Shown here one piece after another: positions 1 through 9,915 of a stretch of DNA of 64,000 nucleotides. The notes under the pieces are model-generated. The model had not been told where the DNA came from and ran no database searches. It worked only from the letters and a program-made list of their open reading frames with translations. Source of the stretch: Alphaproteobacteria bacterium (GTDB lineage: Bacteria; Pseudomonadota; Alphaproteobacteria; MPNO01); assembly GCA_965248835.1 (NCBI GenBank), contig CBDFLJ010000002.1, positions 2,464,001-2,528,000 of the forward strand, in the 5' to 3' direction. The stretch's first letter is position 1. Every line of letters starts with the position of its first letter. Position numbers and translations under genes: made by a program.

Positions 1-1170
1 CCGGTCGGCGATTTCATCGATCGTCCGCTCGATCGCGAAGCAGGCTGCGACCCGGCCGACGCCGCGATAGGGGCCCATCGGCGCTTTGTTGGTCGCCACT
101 GCGTAGACGTCGCGCTCGTAGTTGCCGATGTCGTAGGGGCCGGTGACGTTCTCCGAGGCCTGGCCGGAATCGAGGCCGGCTGACATCGGCCAGATCGGGA
201 AGGCGCCGTTGCTCGCCTTGATGCGCACGCGCACGGCCTGGATGCGCCCGGCATCATCGACAGCGGCCTGGATGCGGTGGACCTGTTCGCGGCCTTGCAT
301 CGATGCCAGGAGATCCTCGCGCCGGTCGCAAGTCCACATCACCGGACGGCCGACAAGGCGCGAAGCGGCGCAGGTCGCGAGATCCTCCGGGTAGACGGTC
401 AGCTTGCTGCCGAACCCGCCGCCGACATCGGGAGAGATCACCCGGATGCACGATTCGGCGATGCCGAGGAATTCCGCAACACCGGTGCGGAACAGGTGCG
501 GCGCCTGGTGCGAGGCCCACACCACGAGTTCGCCGTAGAGCGAGTCCCATTCGGCCAGGATCACCCGCGTCTCCAGCGGCACCTGAGCGCAACGGCTGTT
601 GCGGATCTCCAGTGCGATGACGTCGTCGGCGTGTGCGAACGCGCCCTCGACATCGCCGGCGACAAGATGGAAATGATTGAACAGGTTGTCGGGCACCGAG
701 GCGTGGATCGTAGGCGTGCCGGGATCCGAGGCGCGGTCGACATCGAGCACCGGCGGCAGACGCTCGTAGTCGGCGGCGATCGCATCGACCCCGTCCTCGG
801 CATCGTAGCGCGTCGCGGCGACCACCGCGGCGACGGGCTGTCCGACGAAGCACACCTTCTCACGCGCGAGGATCGGGTGATCGCAGCCCTGATAACCGGG
901 TAACGTGACCTCGACCCTGATGGGCCGGACGATATCCTGCAGGTCGTCTGCGGTCAGCACGGCAATGACGCCGGGGACCGCGCGCGCCGCCTCGGTCCGG
1001 AGCGCGCGGATGTTCGCATGCGGCACGTCGCTGCGGAAGAACGCGACATGCAGCATGCCTTTCCGGTCGACGTCGCCGACATACTGGCCCCTGCCGCGCA
1101 GGAACTTGGGGTCTTCGCGCCGGCGGATCCGGGCGCCGACCAGCCTGTTGGTCCCGCTTGGGGTGCTCAC
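1..1170 (-). CDS. Xanthine dehydrogenase/CoxL-like molybdopterin-binding large subunit (partial, runs off the window start)
   Basis: Absent from the ORF track; translated by hand from GTG at 1170: VGARIRRREDPKFLRGRGQYVGD...DVGGGFGSK...NKAPMGPYRGVGR. These are typical Mo-hydroxylase large-subunit motifs. The active-site loop PYRGVGR differs from the form I CODH AYxCSFR. Confidence 0.88.
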   Translation of the reverse strand, partial: MSTPSGTNRLVGARIRRREDPKFLRGRGQYVGDVDRKGMLHVAFFRSDVPHANIRALRTEAARAVPGVIAVLTADDLQDIVRPIRVEVTLPGYQGCDHPILAREKVCFVGQPVAAVVAATRYDAEDGVDAIAADYERLPPVLDVDRASDPGTPTIHASVPDNLFNHFHLVAGDVEGAFAHADDVIALEIRNSRCAQVPLETRVILAEWDSLYGELVVWASHQAPHLFRTGVAEFLGIAESCIRVISPDVGGGFGSKLTVYPEDLATCAASRLVGRPVMWTCDRREDLLASMQGREQVHRIQAAVDDAGRIQAVRVRIKASNGAFPIWPMSAGLDSGQASENVTGPYDIGNYERDVYAVATNKAPMGPYRGVGRVAACFAIERTIDEIADR

Positions 1171-1306
1171 GACGGCTCCGCCGGCGCGGTATCGACGATG
1201 AACCGACAGCCGGCGCGGGCATCGCGCCGTCCGTTGACGACGACGCCAATGCTCGGCGATCGACGGCCTTCGAGGTCCATATCGGGCTGCACCAAAACCG
1301 CCCCTC

Positions 1307-2224
1307 CTAGCTTGCCGATCCGGCGGCGCCGAGATTGCGCCCCAGCGCCCGCGGCATCTTCGCTAAGCGCGCGCCGGCGATCAACATGATCAACACCACA
1401 AGCCAGGGAATCATGGCGAGGATCTGGATCGGAAAATCGACCTGCCCGCCGAGCCGCAGCCGCAGCGCATCCGATAGGCCGATCGCGGCGGCTGCAAGCA
1501 CGGTCCAGCCGACGCTCCAGCGCCCCAGGATGACGATGGCGATCGCGACGAACCCCCGTCCGCCGGTCACGCCGGGGCTGAACGAGCCGAGAGCGCCGAC
1601 CGTCAGCGCCGCACCGCCCAGGCCCGCCAGCGCACCGCTCGCCACCGTCGCCCAGGTCCGCACCCAATCGACGGCGATGCCCTTCGACAGGGCGACTTCG
1701 GGGTCGTGTCCGCAGGCGGTGACCGAGAGCCCGAACCGCGTCTTGTGCATCCATACCCATACCAGGAAGCACAACAGCGCTGCGGCGTAGTAGAAGCCGT
1801 TCTGGGCGAACAGAGCGCCGCCGATGACCGGTATGTCGCTCAGGCCGGGGATCGCCAGCCGGTCGAGCGCGGGGGTGACGACGAGGGTGGTGGTGTGCTG
1901 CTGGTAGAGAAAGGCCACCAGCCCCGGTACCGTGATGAACAGGGCGAACCCGACCAGGATCTGGTTGACCCGTCCCCAGATCGCGACGCCGGCCATGACG
2001 CCGGAGACCGCCATGCCCGCGGCCATCGCGGCGAGCGCGGCAAGCCAGGGATCGCCGATACCGGCCATCGCCACGAACCCGGCATATGCGCCGGCGGCCA
2101 TCTTGCCTTCGAGCCCGATGTTGATCACCCCGGCACGCTCGGCGATCAATTCACCCAGCGCCACCAGCAGCAGCGGAACGGTGAGCCGGATGCCGGCTTC
2201 CAGCATGGAGTCCAGGAACATCAT
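1307..2224 (-). CDS. ABC transporter permease (CUT2/nucleoside type)
   Basis: Hydrophobic, with ERAGVINIGLEG and GRGFVAIAIVILGRW motifs; in an operon with the ATPase and BMP protein. Confidence 0.9.
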   Translation of the reverse strand: MMFLDSMLEAGIRLTVPLLLVALGELIAERAGVINIGLEGKMAAGAYAGFVAMAGIGDPWLAALAAMAAGMAVSGVMAGVAIWGRVNQILVGFALFITVPGLVAFLYQQHTTTLVVTPALDRLAIPGLSDIPVIGGALFAQNGFYYAAALLCFLVWVWMHKTRFGLSVTACGHDPEVALSKGIAVDWVRTWATVASGALAGLGGAALTVGALGSFSPGVTGGRGFVAIAIVILGRWSVGWTVLAAAAIGLSDALRLRLGGQVDFPIQILAMIPWLVVLIMLIAGARLAKMPRALGRNLGAAGSAS

Positions 2225-3267
2225 CTCTGGCGGCTCGCCCTGGTGAACCGTCCGGTGCGCGCGGCCAGCAAAAGCAGGATCAGCCCGACCAGCGCGCTGA
2301 TGATCTCCGGTGAGATGTCGGCACCGATCTGCAGCGAATCACCGCCGCGCAGCAGCGCCGCGAACACCAGGCCCGCGAGGAAGATGCCCAAGGGATGGAG
2401 CGCGCCGAGCAGCGCGGTGAACAGGCCCATGTATCCGATCGGATCGGCGACGGTGTCGTAGAGCCGATAGTCCACCCCCGCAACCTGCATCCAGCCGGCG
2501 AGCCCGGCCGCGACACCGGCCGCGCCCATGGTCCAGACGATCAGCCGGGGGCCCCGGATGCCGGCCTGGCGGGCGAGGCTGGGGCCGGCGCCAAACAGCC
2601 GCAACCGGTAACCGAGCGGGCTGCGCTGCACCAGCCATAAGCCGATCAGGGCGAGCAGGACGACATACAGACCGCCATGGGCACGGGTGCCCTCGATCAG
2701 GATCGGCAGCAGCGCCTCCTTCGGCAGCGGGTCGGATTGGGCAATGTTGGAACGGTAGCCGTGCAGCGGCCCGGTCAACAGGTATTGCAGGAGGTAGAGG
2801 GCGAAGAAATTGAAGACCAGGGTCGAAAGGATCTCGTTGACCTGCAGGTAGGCGCGCAGCAGCCCGGGGCCGAGCGACCAGAGAGCGCCGCCGATGGCCG
2901 CCGCAAGGAAGGCCGCGGGAATGATGACGGCCGGCGATGCGCCGGCGAGCGCGAAGCCGGTCAGCGTCGCGAACAGCGCCCCGATGCCGATCTGGCCCGG
3001 CGCGCCGATATTGAACAACCCGATCCGCAACGACGGAACCAGCCCGACCGCGATCAGGGTCACCGGCGCGAACCGGATCAAGGTCTCGCCGAAGCTGACC
3101 CAGCTCCCGAACGCGCCCCGATACATCGCCCGGAAGGCGACCAGCGGGTCTGCGTTGCCGATCGCGAACAGCCCGGCGGCGGCCAGGACGATCGCGGCCG
3201 CCGCCACGGCCAGACCCAGTGCCGGGCGCAGCATCGGGGATGAGGTCGACAATCCGGGCGCGGTCAT
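2221..3267 (-). CDS. ABC transporter permease (CUT2/nucleoside type)
   Basis: GLFNIGAPGQ and VNEILSTL motifs; 4-nt overlap with the next permease. Confidence 0.9.
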   Translation of the reverse strand: MTAPGLSTSSPMLRPALGLAVAAAAIVLAAAGLFAIGNADPLVAFRAMYRGAFGSWVSFGETLIRFAPVTLIAVGLVPSLRIGLFNIGAPGQIGIGALFATLTGFALAGASPAVIIPAAFLAAAIGGALWSLGPGLLRAYLQVNEILSTLVFNFFALYLLQYLLTGPLHGYRSNIAQSDPLPKEALLPILIEGTRAHGGLYVVLLALIGLWLVQRSPLGYRLRLFGAGPSLARQAGIRGPRLIVWTMGAAGVAAGLAGWMQVAGVDYRLYDTVADPIGYMGLFTALLGALHPLGIFLAGLVFAALLRGGDSLQIGADISPEIISALVGLILLLLAARTGRFTRASRQR

Positions 3268-3269
3268 CC

Positions 3270-4766
3270 TCAGGCGCCTCCGAGCAGCGCCCCGATCTCA
3301 CGCGCCGTTGCCGTCCGCGGATCGACGCTGCCGACAAAAGCGCCATCGGACAGGACCAGAATACGGTCCGCGATGTCGAACAGATCCTCCAGGTCCGGGC
3401 TGATCAGGACAATGGCGGTGCCCCGATCACGTGCCTCCAGCAGCCGGCGGCGGACATCGCTGGATGCGCTGACATCCAGCCCGCGATAGGGGTTGTGCGC
3501 CACGACCAGCGCCGGGGCACGCGCGATCTCGCGGGCAAGCACGAGCTTCTGCTGGTTGCCGCCCGAAAGCGCCGAGACGGGGGTTTCGAAGGCGGGCGTC
3601 TGGACCGAGCCGGCAGCGACGATCTCGGAGACGAAATGATCGACTTCAGCGGCGCGCAGCCGGCCGCCGCGCCGAAGCTCCGGCGCACGATGGCGATGGA
3701 CGATCGCGTTGTCGGACAGGCTCAGCGTCATCGCCAGCGCATCGCGGGCCCGGTCCTCCGGGATGTAGGCGACTACGTCGGGGCGCAAATCGACCGCTCC
3801 GGCGGTCGGCTCGGCCAGTCCGCACAGCAGTTCCGCCAACGCCTCCTGACCGTTGCCGGTGACGCCGGCAACGCCGACGATCTCATGGGCGTGTACCGCG
3901 AGATCGATGTCGCGCAGTCCGCAGCGCGTGCCCGCGGACGGGGTCGAGATGCCGCGCGCCGACAGCACGACCGCCCCGGGAGGCCGGCGCGAGACCGCGA
4001 CGCTCTCCGGCAGGTCTCCGACCATCGCCTCGGTAAGAACATCGGTTTCGATCTCGGTGCGCTCGAATTCGGCGACCACCCGGCCCCGGCGCATGACCGT
4101 CACCCGATCGGCGAATGCCATGACCTCGGCCAGCTTGTGGGTGATGTAGACGACGGATTTGCCGCGGCCGGAAAGCGTACGGAGCAGCCCTTCGAGCACC
4201 GCGACATCGTCGCTGCCGAGCGCGGCGGTCGGTTCGTCGAGGATCAGCACGTCGGCCCCGGTGACCAGCGCGATCAGGATCTCCAGGCGCTGGCGCCCGC
4301 CCATCGTCAAGGCCGCGGCCGGTCGGTCGACATCGACCGCGAGCGCGAATGCCTCCGCGGCGCGTGTCAGCTCCGCACGGGCGCGGGCGCGCGGCAGCCA
4401 GGCGCGCAGCGCAGGATGACCCAGCAGATAGTTTTCGGTCCCGGTGAGCTCTCCGACCAGGCCGAAATGCTGCTGCACGAGCCCGACGCCATGGCGGGCG
4501 CCGTCCATCCGCCCGCGCAGCGCGACCACCTCGCCGCCGATCTCGATAGTCCCGGCATCGGGCCGCAGGATCCCCGCGAGGATCCGCATCAAGGTCGTCT
4601 TGCCGGCCCCGTTTTCTCCGAGCAGCGCCTGGATCTCGCCCGCGCGAAGCGTGAGATCGGCCCCGCGGACGGCGCGCGTGGCAGCGAAGGATTTGTCGAT
4701 GCCGCGCAGACGCGCACGGACGAGGCCGCCTGCGCCGCCGCTCGTCCGAAGGGGGCCTCGCCCCAT
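3270..4766 (-). CDS. ABC transporter ATP-binding protein, tandem-domain CUT2 type
   Basis: Walker A GENGAGKT, ILDEPT, YITHKL, and second-domain LSGGNQQK. Confidence 0.92.
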   Translation of the reverse strand: MGRGPLRTSGGAGGLVRARLRGIDKSFAATRAVRGADLTLRAGEIQALLGENGAGKTTLMRILAGILRPDAGTIEIGGEVVALRGRMDGARHGVGLVQQHFGLVGELTGTENYLLGHPALRAWLPRARARAELTRAAEAFALAVDVDRPAAALTMGGRQRLEILIALVTGADVLILDEPTAALGSDDVAVLEGLLRTLSGRGKSVVYITHKLAEVMAFADRVTVMRRGRVVAEFERTEIETDVLTEAMVGDLPESVAVSRRPPGAVVLSARGISTPSAGTRCGLRDIDLAVHAHEIVGVAGVTGNGQEALAELLCGLAEPTAGAVDLRPDVVAYIPEDRARDALAMTLSLSDNAIVHRHRAPELRRGGRLRAAEVDHFVSEIVAAGSVQTPAFETPVSALSGGNQQKLVLAREIARAPALVVAHNPYRGLDVSASSDVRRRLLEARDRGTAIVLISPDLEDLFDIADRILVLSDGAFVGSVDPRTATAREIGALLGGA

Positions 4767-4790
4767 GTCCCCGACGCTCCGGACTCTATT

Positions 4791-5801
4791 TCAGGGGCAG
4801 CAGGGATGCGCCTTGCTCTTGGGCAAGAAGATCTTGCCTTGCTTGAGATCGGCGACGACCTGCAGGTAGCCCGCCTGCAGATCGGCCGGCACGATCCTGG
4901 CCGACGGTCCTTCGAACGGCTGCGGGACCAGCCCGCCGTTCTGGAAGGTGGCATTGAAGGTGGTCGCCGACAGCTTGCCCGTCCGCGCCTGGCCGACGAA
5001 GGCCTTGAGCATCACCGTCCAGTCGACCACGGCCGATGCCGCAGCATGGTTGGGTGAATAGCGGCGCGCGTCGCTGGCCCATCCGGCGCAGGGGATGCCG
5101 GCCTGCTCGCAAAGCTGGAAGCCGCCCAGCGAGTCCTGGGTCGCCGAGGCGGGGAACAGGACATCGGCGCCGCGGTCGACGACGCCCTGAGCCTGCTCGC
5201 GGGTCGCCTGCTGGTCGACGAAGCTGTTGCTGTAGGCCGCCAGCACCTGGGCATCGCCGCGGGCGGCCTTGGCACCGAGCGCGCAGCCGATTTGGAGCTC
5301 GGTCGCGTAGGGGATGGGCATCGCGCCGACAAAGCCGATCTTTCCGGACTTCGACAGCTTGGCCAGCAGCCAGCAGTTGGAATAGCCGATCTGCAGATAG
5401 CTCGCGGTCGCGATCGTGAGGTTCGGCTGGACCGGCGGATCGAAGCTGCTCACCGACATCGGCACCGATTTGAACGCGCCGGCGAGCTTGTGGGCGAGAT
5501 CGTTCAGGGCGAAGCTGTGCATCACCAGGACCGTGTGGCCGTCGGCGAGCAACTGGCGGGCGATCGGTTCCGCCGAGGTCGGATCGAAAGCCTTGAAGGA
5601 CTGCGAGAACGAGACCGCCTTGTCCTGTTGCTTGAGCTTGGCCGCGGAATCGAAGATCGCAGCGCTCCAGGGCTGCTCGGCCGGGCGCGCCTCCATGATC
5701 AGCCCGATCTTGACCGGTTGCGCACTTGCCGCGTGCGCCAACCCGATGCCGACAATCGCCAGCGCGATCGTCAAGCCCTTCAACCGGCTTGCATTCATCA
5801 T
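4791..5801 (-). CDS. BMP-family ABC substrate-binding protein (purine/nucleoside-like)
   Basis: Signal peptide MMNASRLKGLTIALAIVGIGLAHAASA after a GAGGA RBS; SKSGKIGFVGAMPIP and GADVLF BMP-type motifs. Confidence 0.82.
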   Translation of the reverse strand: MMNASRLKGLTIALAIVGIGLAHAASAQPVKIGLIMEARPAEQPWSAAIFDSAAKLKQQDKAVSFSQSFKAFDPTSAEPIARQLLADGHTVLVMHSFALNDLAHKLAGAFKSVPMSVSSFDPPVQPNLTIATASYLQIGYSNCWLLAKLSKSGKIGFVGAMPIPYATELQIGCALGAKAARGDAQVLAAYSNSFVDQQATREQAQGVVDRGADVLFPASATQDSLGGFQLCEQAGIPCAGWASDARRYSPNHAAASAVVDWTVMLKAFVGQARTGKLSATTFNATFQNGGLVPQPFEGPSARIVPADLQAGYLQVVADLKQGKIFLPKSKAHPCCP

Positions 5802-5879
5802 GTCTTCCTCCCTGATCGGCGGCTGCGGCGCGGCGCGCCGTCGTCCGCCCGTGGGCTCGTTCGAGCCTGTCTCGCGTCG

Positions 5880-5908
5880 ATTATGTGAACTGGGTTTTCG
5901 GCACACAA
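5880..5908 (-). promoter_or_regulatory. Putative sigma70 promoter of the BMP-ABC operon
   Basis: Minus-strand TTGTGT-N17-CATAAT about 80 nt upstream of the BMP start. Confidence 0.5.
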
Positions 5909-5950
5909 GAGTCCATCCCGCTGCGCGCGACGCAGCGGCTGCGGCGGCGA

Positions 5951-6751
5951 TCACTGTGCGTCGAGGAAGGCGCCGACCACGCCATTGAACCGTTGCGGGG
6001 CCTCGACATGGGGCAGATGGCCGAGGCCTGCCATCTTCTCATAACGGGCGTTTGCGAGGGTGTCGGCGATCCGCCGATTGGACTCCTCGGGCGTGATCCT
6101 GTCCTCGGTTCCGCAGACCACGAGCGTCGGCGCATCGCAGCCGGCGAGCTCGTCGAGGATGTCGGCGTGCGCCAGCATCAGCGTCGCCTGGCGATAGCCC
6201 TCGGGACGGATCGCCGCCATTCCGTCTCGAACCTCGGCGATGATCGCCGGCTCGGTGCCGGGCGCGACAAGCCGGACGGCCCGTTCGGCGGCGACGCCCG
6301 CGGGGCCAAGCGCCTTCAGTGGATCGAGGCGGCCGCGGATCGACCGCTCCTGCATCGCCCGGTCAGCCCTGCCGTAGCCGGTCGCCGCATCGGACAGAAC
6401 CAGGGTCCGAACCTGTCGGGGGTGGCGCCGCCAGAACGCGGCGGCCATCAGGGCGCCCAGTGAATTGCCGACAAGGTGCGCCCGCTCGATATCGAGCGCG
6501 GTCAGCAGCGATGCCAGCACATCGGCGTAATCCCCGGCAACCGGCGTTTGCGCGGCGAGGTCGCCCGAGCCGCCGTAACCCGGAGCGTCCCAGGCGACGG
6601 CCCGGTAGCGGCCGCCGAAATGCACGAGCTGCGCCTGCCAGCCCTGCGACAGGGCGCCGATGCCGTGCAGGAAAACCACTGGGTCGCCGGCGCCGGTCTC
6701 GCGCCAGGCAAGCCGCATCCCGCCGGCATCGGTGTGGTTCAGGTCCGTCAT
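5951..6751 (-). CDS. Alpha/beta-fold hydrolase
   Basis: FLHGIG, DAPGYGGS, nucleophile elbow GNSLG, GTED and GHLPHVE catalytic-triad motifs. Confidence 0.9.
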   Translation of the reverse strand: MTDLNHTDAGGMRLAWRETGAGDPVVFLHGIGALSQGWQAQLVHFGGRYRAVAWDAPGYGGSGDLAAQTPVAGDYADVLASLLTALDIERAHLVGNSLGALMAAAFWRRHPRQVRTLVLSDAATGYGRADRAMQERSIRGRLDPLKALGPAGVAAERAVRLVAPGTEPAIIAEVRDGMAAIRPEGYRQATLMLAHADILDELAGCDAPTLVVCGTEDRITPEESNRRIADTLANARYEKMAGLGHLPHVEAPQRFNGVVGAFLDAQ

Positions 6752-6839
6752 GTCGACTCCCCTTGTTTCCCGGATCAGGCGGCCGGACTTGACCGCGGGC
6801 GCGCTTTGCAGCGAGCATCAGTTTAACGGAGGGCGAGCG

Positions 6840-8546
6840 ATGGACTACGACATCAAAATCCAGGGCGGCATGCTGGTTGACGGCTCGGGCGCGCGTGCCC
6901 GTGCCGGCGACCTGGGCATCCGCGACGGCCGCATCGTCGCGGTGGGTGAAGCGCCGGGACGCGCGCGGGAGACCATCGAGGCCAAGGACCGCGCCGTCGC
7001 GCCGGGCTTCATCGACATCCATACCCATTACGACGCCCAGGTGATCTGGGACCCGATGCTTTCGATCTCGCCCTGGCACGGGGTGACCAGCGTGGTTGCG
7101 GGCAATTGCGGGTTCGGCATCGCGCCGACCCGGCCCGAACACCGCGAACTGATGATCGCCACGCTGGAGAAGGTCGAGGGCATGAGCGCGGATGCGCTTG
7201 CCGCCGGGCTCGGCGACTGGCCGTTCGAGACCTTCCCCGAATACCTCCGGGCCATCGACCGCAAGGGCGTCGCCATCAATGTCGGCGTCCTGCTCGGCCA
7301 CACCCCGCTGAGGCTCTACGTCATGGGCCGGGAGGCGGTCGAGCGGGAGGCCACCGGCGAGGAGGTCGCGCGCATGCGGGCGATCGCCGCAGACGCGATG
7401 GCCGCAGGCGCCATCGGCTTCTCCTCGTCCACCTCGCCGCTCCATCTCGGCTTCGAGGGCAGGCCGGTGCCGAGCCGACTGGCCGCGTTCGAGGAGGTGC
7501 GCACCCTGGCCGGCGTGCTGCGCGATGCCGGGACCGGTGTGTTCCAGACCGCTGTCAGCGACGAGCCCGACCATGCCGGGTTCGCGCAAATCGCCGCGGA
7601 GACCGGCCGTCCCCTCACCTGGACCGCGCTGCTCACCCGGGCCGGCGAAGGGCCCCAATACATCCACCGCCACCTGGCCGAGACCGAGACGCTGCGGGCC
7701 CGCGGCCTGCCGATCTATCCGCAGGTCTCCTGCCGGCCGCTGACCACCGAGATGCGCTTCCTGGCGCCGTTCTCGCTCGAGCGCATGGCGATGTTCGCGC
7801 CGGTCTCCAAGGCCGACGCCGCCGGCAAGAAGCGGATCTATGCTGATCCCGATTTCCGCGCCGCGCTCAAATACGAGCTCGACCCCGAGGGCGGCCGCGA
7901 GCGTGACGGCTACCGGGTGCGCTTCGCCTGGGAGAAATCGGTGATCTCCTTCTGCGAGCAGGCGCCGGAACTCGAGGACAGGAAGCTGGTCGAGGCCGCT
8001 GCCGAGCGCGGCGTCCACACGGTCGACCTCGCGCTCGATCTGGCGCTGGGCTCCGACCTGATGGCACGGTTCCGCATGCCGGTGGCGAACGCCGAGGAAG
8101 ATCAAGTGGCCGATCTGCTGCGCGATCCCAACACCATCCTCGGCCTGTCCGATGCGGGCGCCCATGCCAGCCAGCTCTGCGATGCCTGCTATGCCACCCA
8201 TCTCCTGGGCTACTGGGTGCGCCAGAAGGGTGTGTTGAGCCTGGAGGAGGCGGTCCGTATGCTGACCTCGGCGACGGCAGAGGTGTTCGGCATCGCCGAA
8301 CGCGGCCGGCTCGCCCGCGGCTACGCCGCCGACGTGGTGGTGTTCGACCCCGACACGGTGGGCGCCGCGCCGCTTGAGCGCGTCAACGACTTCCCCGCCG
8401 GCGCCGACCGGCTGATCTCCAGGGCGGAAGGGATCGAGGCGGTGCTGGTCAACGGCACGCTGCTGCGCCGGGACGGCATCGACATGATCGAGGACCCTGC
8501 CCGCCTGCCCGGCCGGACACTGCGCAACGGCCGCGCCGCGTCCTGA
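6840..8546 (+). CDS. N-acyl-D-amino-acid deacylase-family amidohydrolase
   Basis: APGFIDIHTHYD, GNCG, SDAGAH and ADVVVFDP motifs; start after a GGAGG RBS. Confidence 0.88.
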   Translation: MDYDIKIQGGMLVDGSGARARAGDLGIRDGRIVAVGEAPGRARETIEAKDRAVAPGFIDIHTHYDAQVIWDPMLSISPWHGVTSVVAGNCGFGIAPTRPEHRELMIATLEKVEGMSADALAAGLGDWPFETFPEYLRAIDRKGVAINVGVLLGHTPLRLYVMGREAVEREATGEEVARMRAIAADAMAAGAIGFSSSTSPLHLGFEGRPVPSRLAAFEEVRTLAGVLRDAGTGVFQTAVSDEPDHAGFAQIAAETGRPLTWTALLTRAGEGPQYIHRHLAETETLRARGLPIYPQVSCRPLTTEMRFLAPFSLERMAMFAPVSKADAAGKKRIYADPDFRAALKYELDPEGGRERDGYRVRFAWEKSVISFCEQAPELEDRKLVEAAAERGVHTVDLALDLALGSDLMARFRMPVANAEEDQVADLLRDPNTILGLSDAGAHASQLCDACYATHLLGYWVRQKGVLSLEEAVRMLTSATAEVFGIAERGRLARGYAADVVVFDPDTVGAAPLERVNDFPAGADRLISRAEGIEAVLVNGTLLRRDGIDMIEDPARLPGRTLRNGRAAS

Positions 8547-8569
8547 CCGAGTCCCCCGCGAGGCCCGTC

Positions 8570-9472
8570 ATGGACTACGATTTCGTTCCGCTTCCCGAGC
8601 GCAAGGCGTTGCGCTGGCCCAACGGTGCCAGGCTCGCGGTCATCCTGACCATCAATCTCGAATATTGGGAGCTCACCCGCGAGCAGACCGAACCGCTCTA
8701 CCCCGGCGGCCCGGCAAGCATCCCCCACCCCCTGCCCGGCAACGTGCCGGACTACGTCAACTGGACCTGGCGGGAGTACGGCCACCGCATCGGGGTGTGG
8801 CGCATCATCGAGACGCTGGATGCGGCGGGCGTGCCGGCCTCATGCACGATGAACGCGCGCATGGCAACCGACCGCAGGCAGGTGATCGATGCGGTCGAGG
8901 AGCGCGGCTGGGAGCTGGTGCCGCACAACTGGGCGCAGAACGACATCCTGACCGACTACGCCGACGACCCCGACGCCGAGCGCGCGGTCATCCGCCGGAC
9001 GCTCGATATCTACGAGCAGGTGCTCGGCCGGCCGGCCAAGGGCTGGCTGTCCTCGTCATTGCGGCCGACCCGGCGCACGCCGGAGACCCTGACCGAGTTC
9101 GGCTGCCGCTTCTTCTGCGATTTCATCAACGACGACCAGCCCTATCTGCTGCGCACCGGGAACGGTCCGCTGGTATGCGTGCCCTACTCCAACGACGTCA
9201 ACGATTTCAACATGTTCGCCCGTGGCGGCATGACGTTGGACCAGGGTCTGACGACCCTGCGCGAGCAGTTCGACCAGCTCTATGCCGAGGGCGCGCACAG
9301 CATGCGGATCATGAATTTCGGCATGCACCCGCATGTCATGGGCCAGGCCTACCGGATCCGCGCGCTGCGCGACTTCCTCGCCTATATCGCCGATTTCGAG
9401 GACGTCTGGTTCCCCAAGCGCGAGGAAATCGCCGCGTGGTATCTGGACCACCACCACGAGCACATCGGCTGA
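8570..9472 (+). CDS. Polysaccharide deacetylase family protein (PuuE allantoinase-like)
   Basis: LRWPNGARLAV, REYGHRIGVWR and HPHVMGQAYR are typical of the PuuE-like CE4 subfamily. Confidence 0.85.
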   Translation: MDYDFVPLPERKALRWPNGARLAVILTINLEYWELTREQTEPLYPGGPASIPHPLPGNVPDYVNWTWREYGHRIGVWRIIETLDAAGVPASCTMNARMATDRRQVIDAVEERGWELVPHNWAQNDILTDYADDPDAERAVIRRTLDIYEQVLGRPAKGWLSSSLRPTRRTPETLTEFGCRFFCDFINDDQPYLLRTGNGPLVCVPYSNDVNDFNMFARGGMTLDQGLTTLREQFDQLYAEGAHSMRIMNFGMHPHVMGQAYRIRALRDFLAYIADFEDVWFPKREEIAAWYLDHHHEHIG

Positions 9473-9491
9473 GCGCCCCGCGCCGGACGGG

Positions 9492-9827
9492 TCAGCCCCG
9501 CGCCCCGCCGGTTGCGGCCGCCATCGCGCTCAGCGCGTCCTCCCAGTCGCCCCGGCTGAAGGTCATGATCCGCAGCGGCTCGCCCGGCCGCCAGCAGAGA
9601 TCCAAGGCGATCAGCGGCGGTGCGACGACCAGCCGGTAGAGTCCCCGCCATTTGGGGTCTTTGGGAATATCGGCCGGGGACACCGTATGGCTGGGCACCG
9701 AGTCGGGCAGGTCGGGTCCGGTGCAGCGGATCTCGCAGGCCATGCCATGGGCCATCGTCGTCTGAAACCGCCAGGTCGACTCGCCGGGCTCCCCGTCCCG
9801 GGTCCGCGCACCCTCGCGCGCGAGCAC
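9492..9827 (-). CDS. Hypothetical protein
   Basis: Fills the gap between convergent genes with coding-like composition. The start is uncertain because the frame stays open further upstream. Confidence 0.5.
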   Translation of the reverse strand: MLAREGARTRDGEPGESTWRFQTTMAHGMACEIRCTGPDLPDSVPSHTVSPADIPKDPKWRGLYRLVVAPPLIALDLCWRPGEPLRIMTFSRGDWEDALSAMAAATGGARG

Positions 9828-9915
9828 GGCCAGCGCCGCCTCGGCCAGTTCCTTCAGTTCGGGCGCGGTCTCGCTCGACCGGCCCTCGGTCTCGATCGTG
9901 CGGTAGGATCGGCTG

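Noticed and set aside
1-1170. Aerobic CO dehydrogenase form I
   Set aside because: The active-site loop is PYRGVGR, not AYxCSFR.
4770-4810. HPCCP-TGA at the end of the BMP protein as Sec read-through
   Set aside because: No convincing SECIS follows, and no redox motif is completed by read-through.
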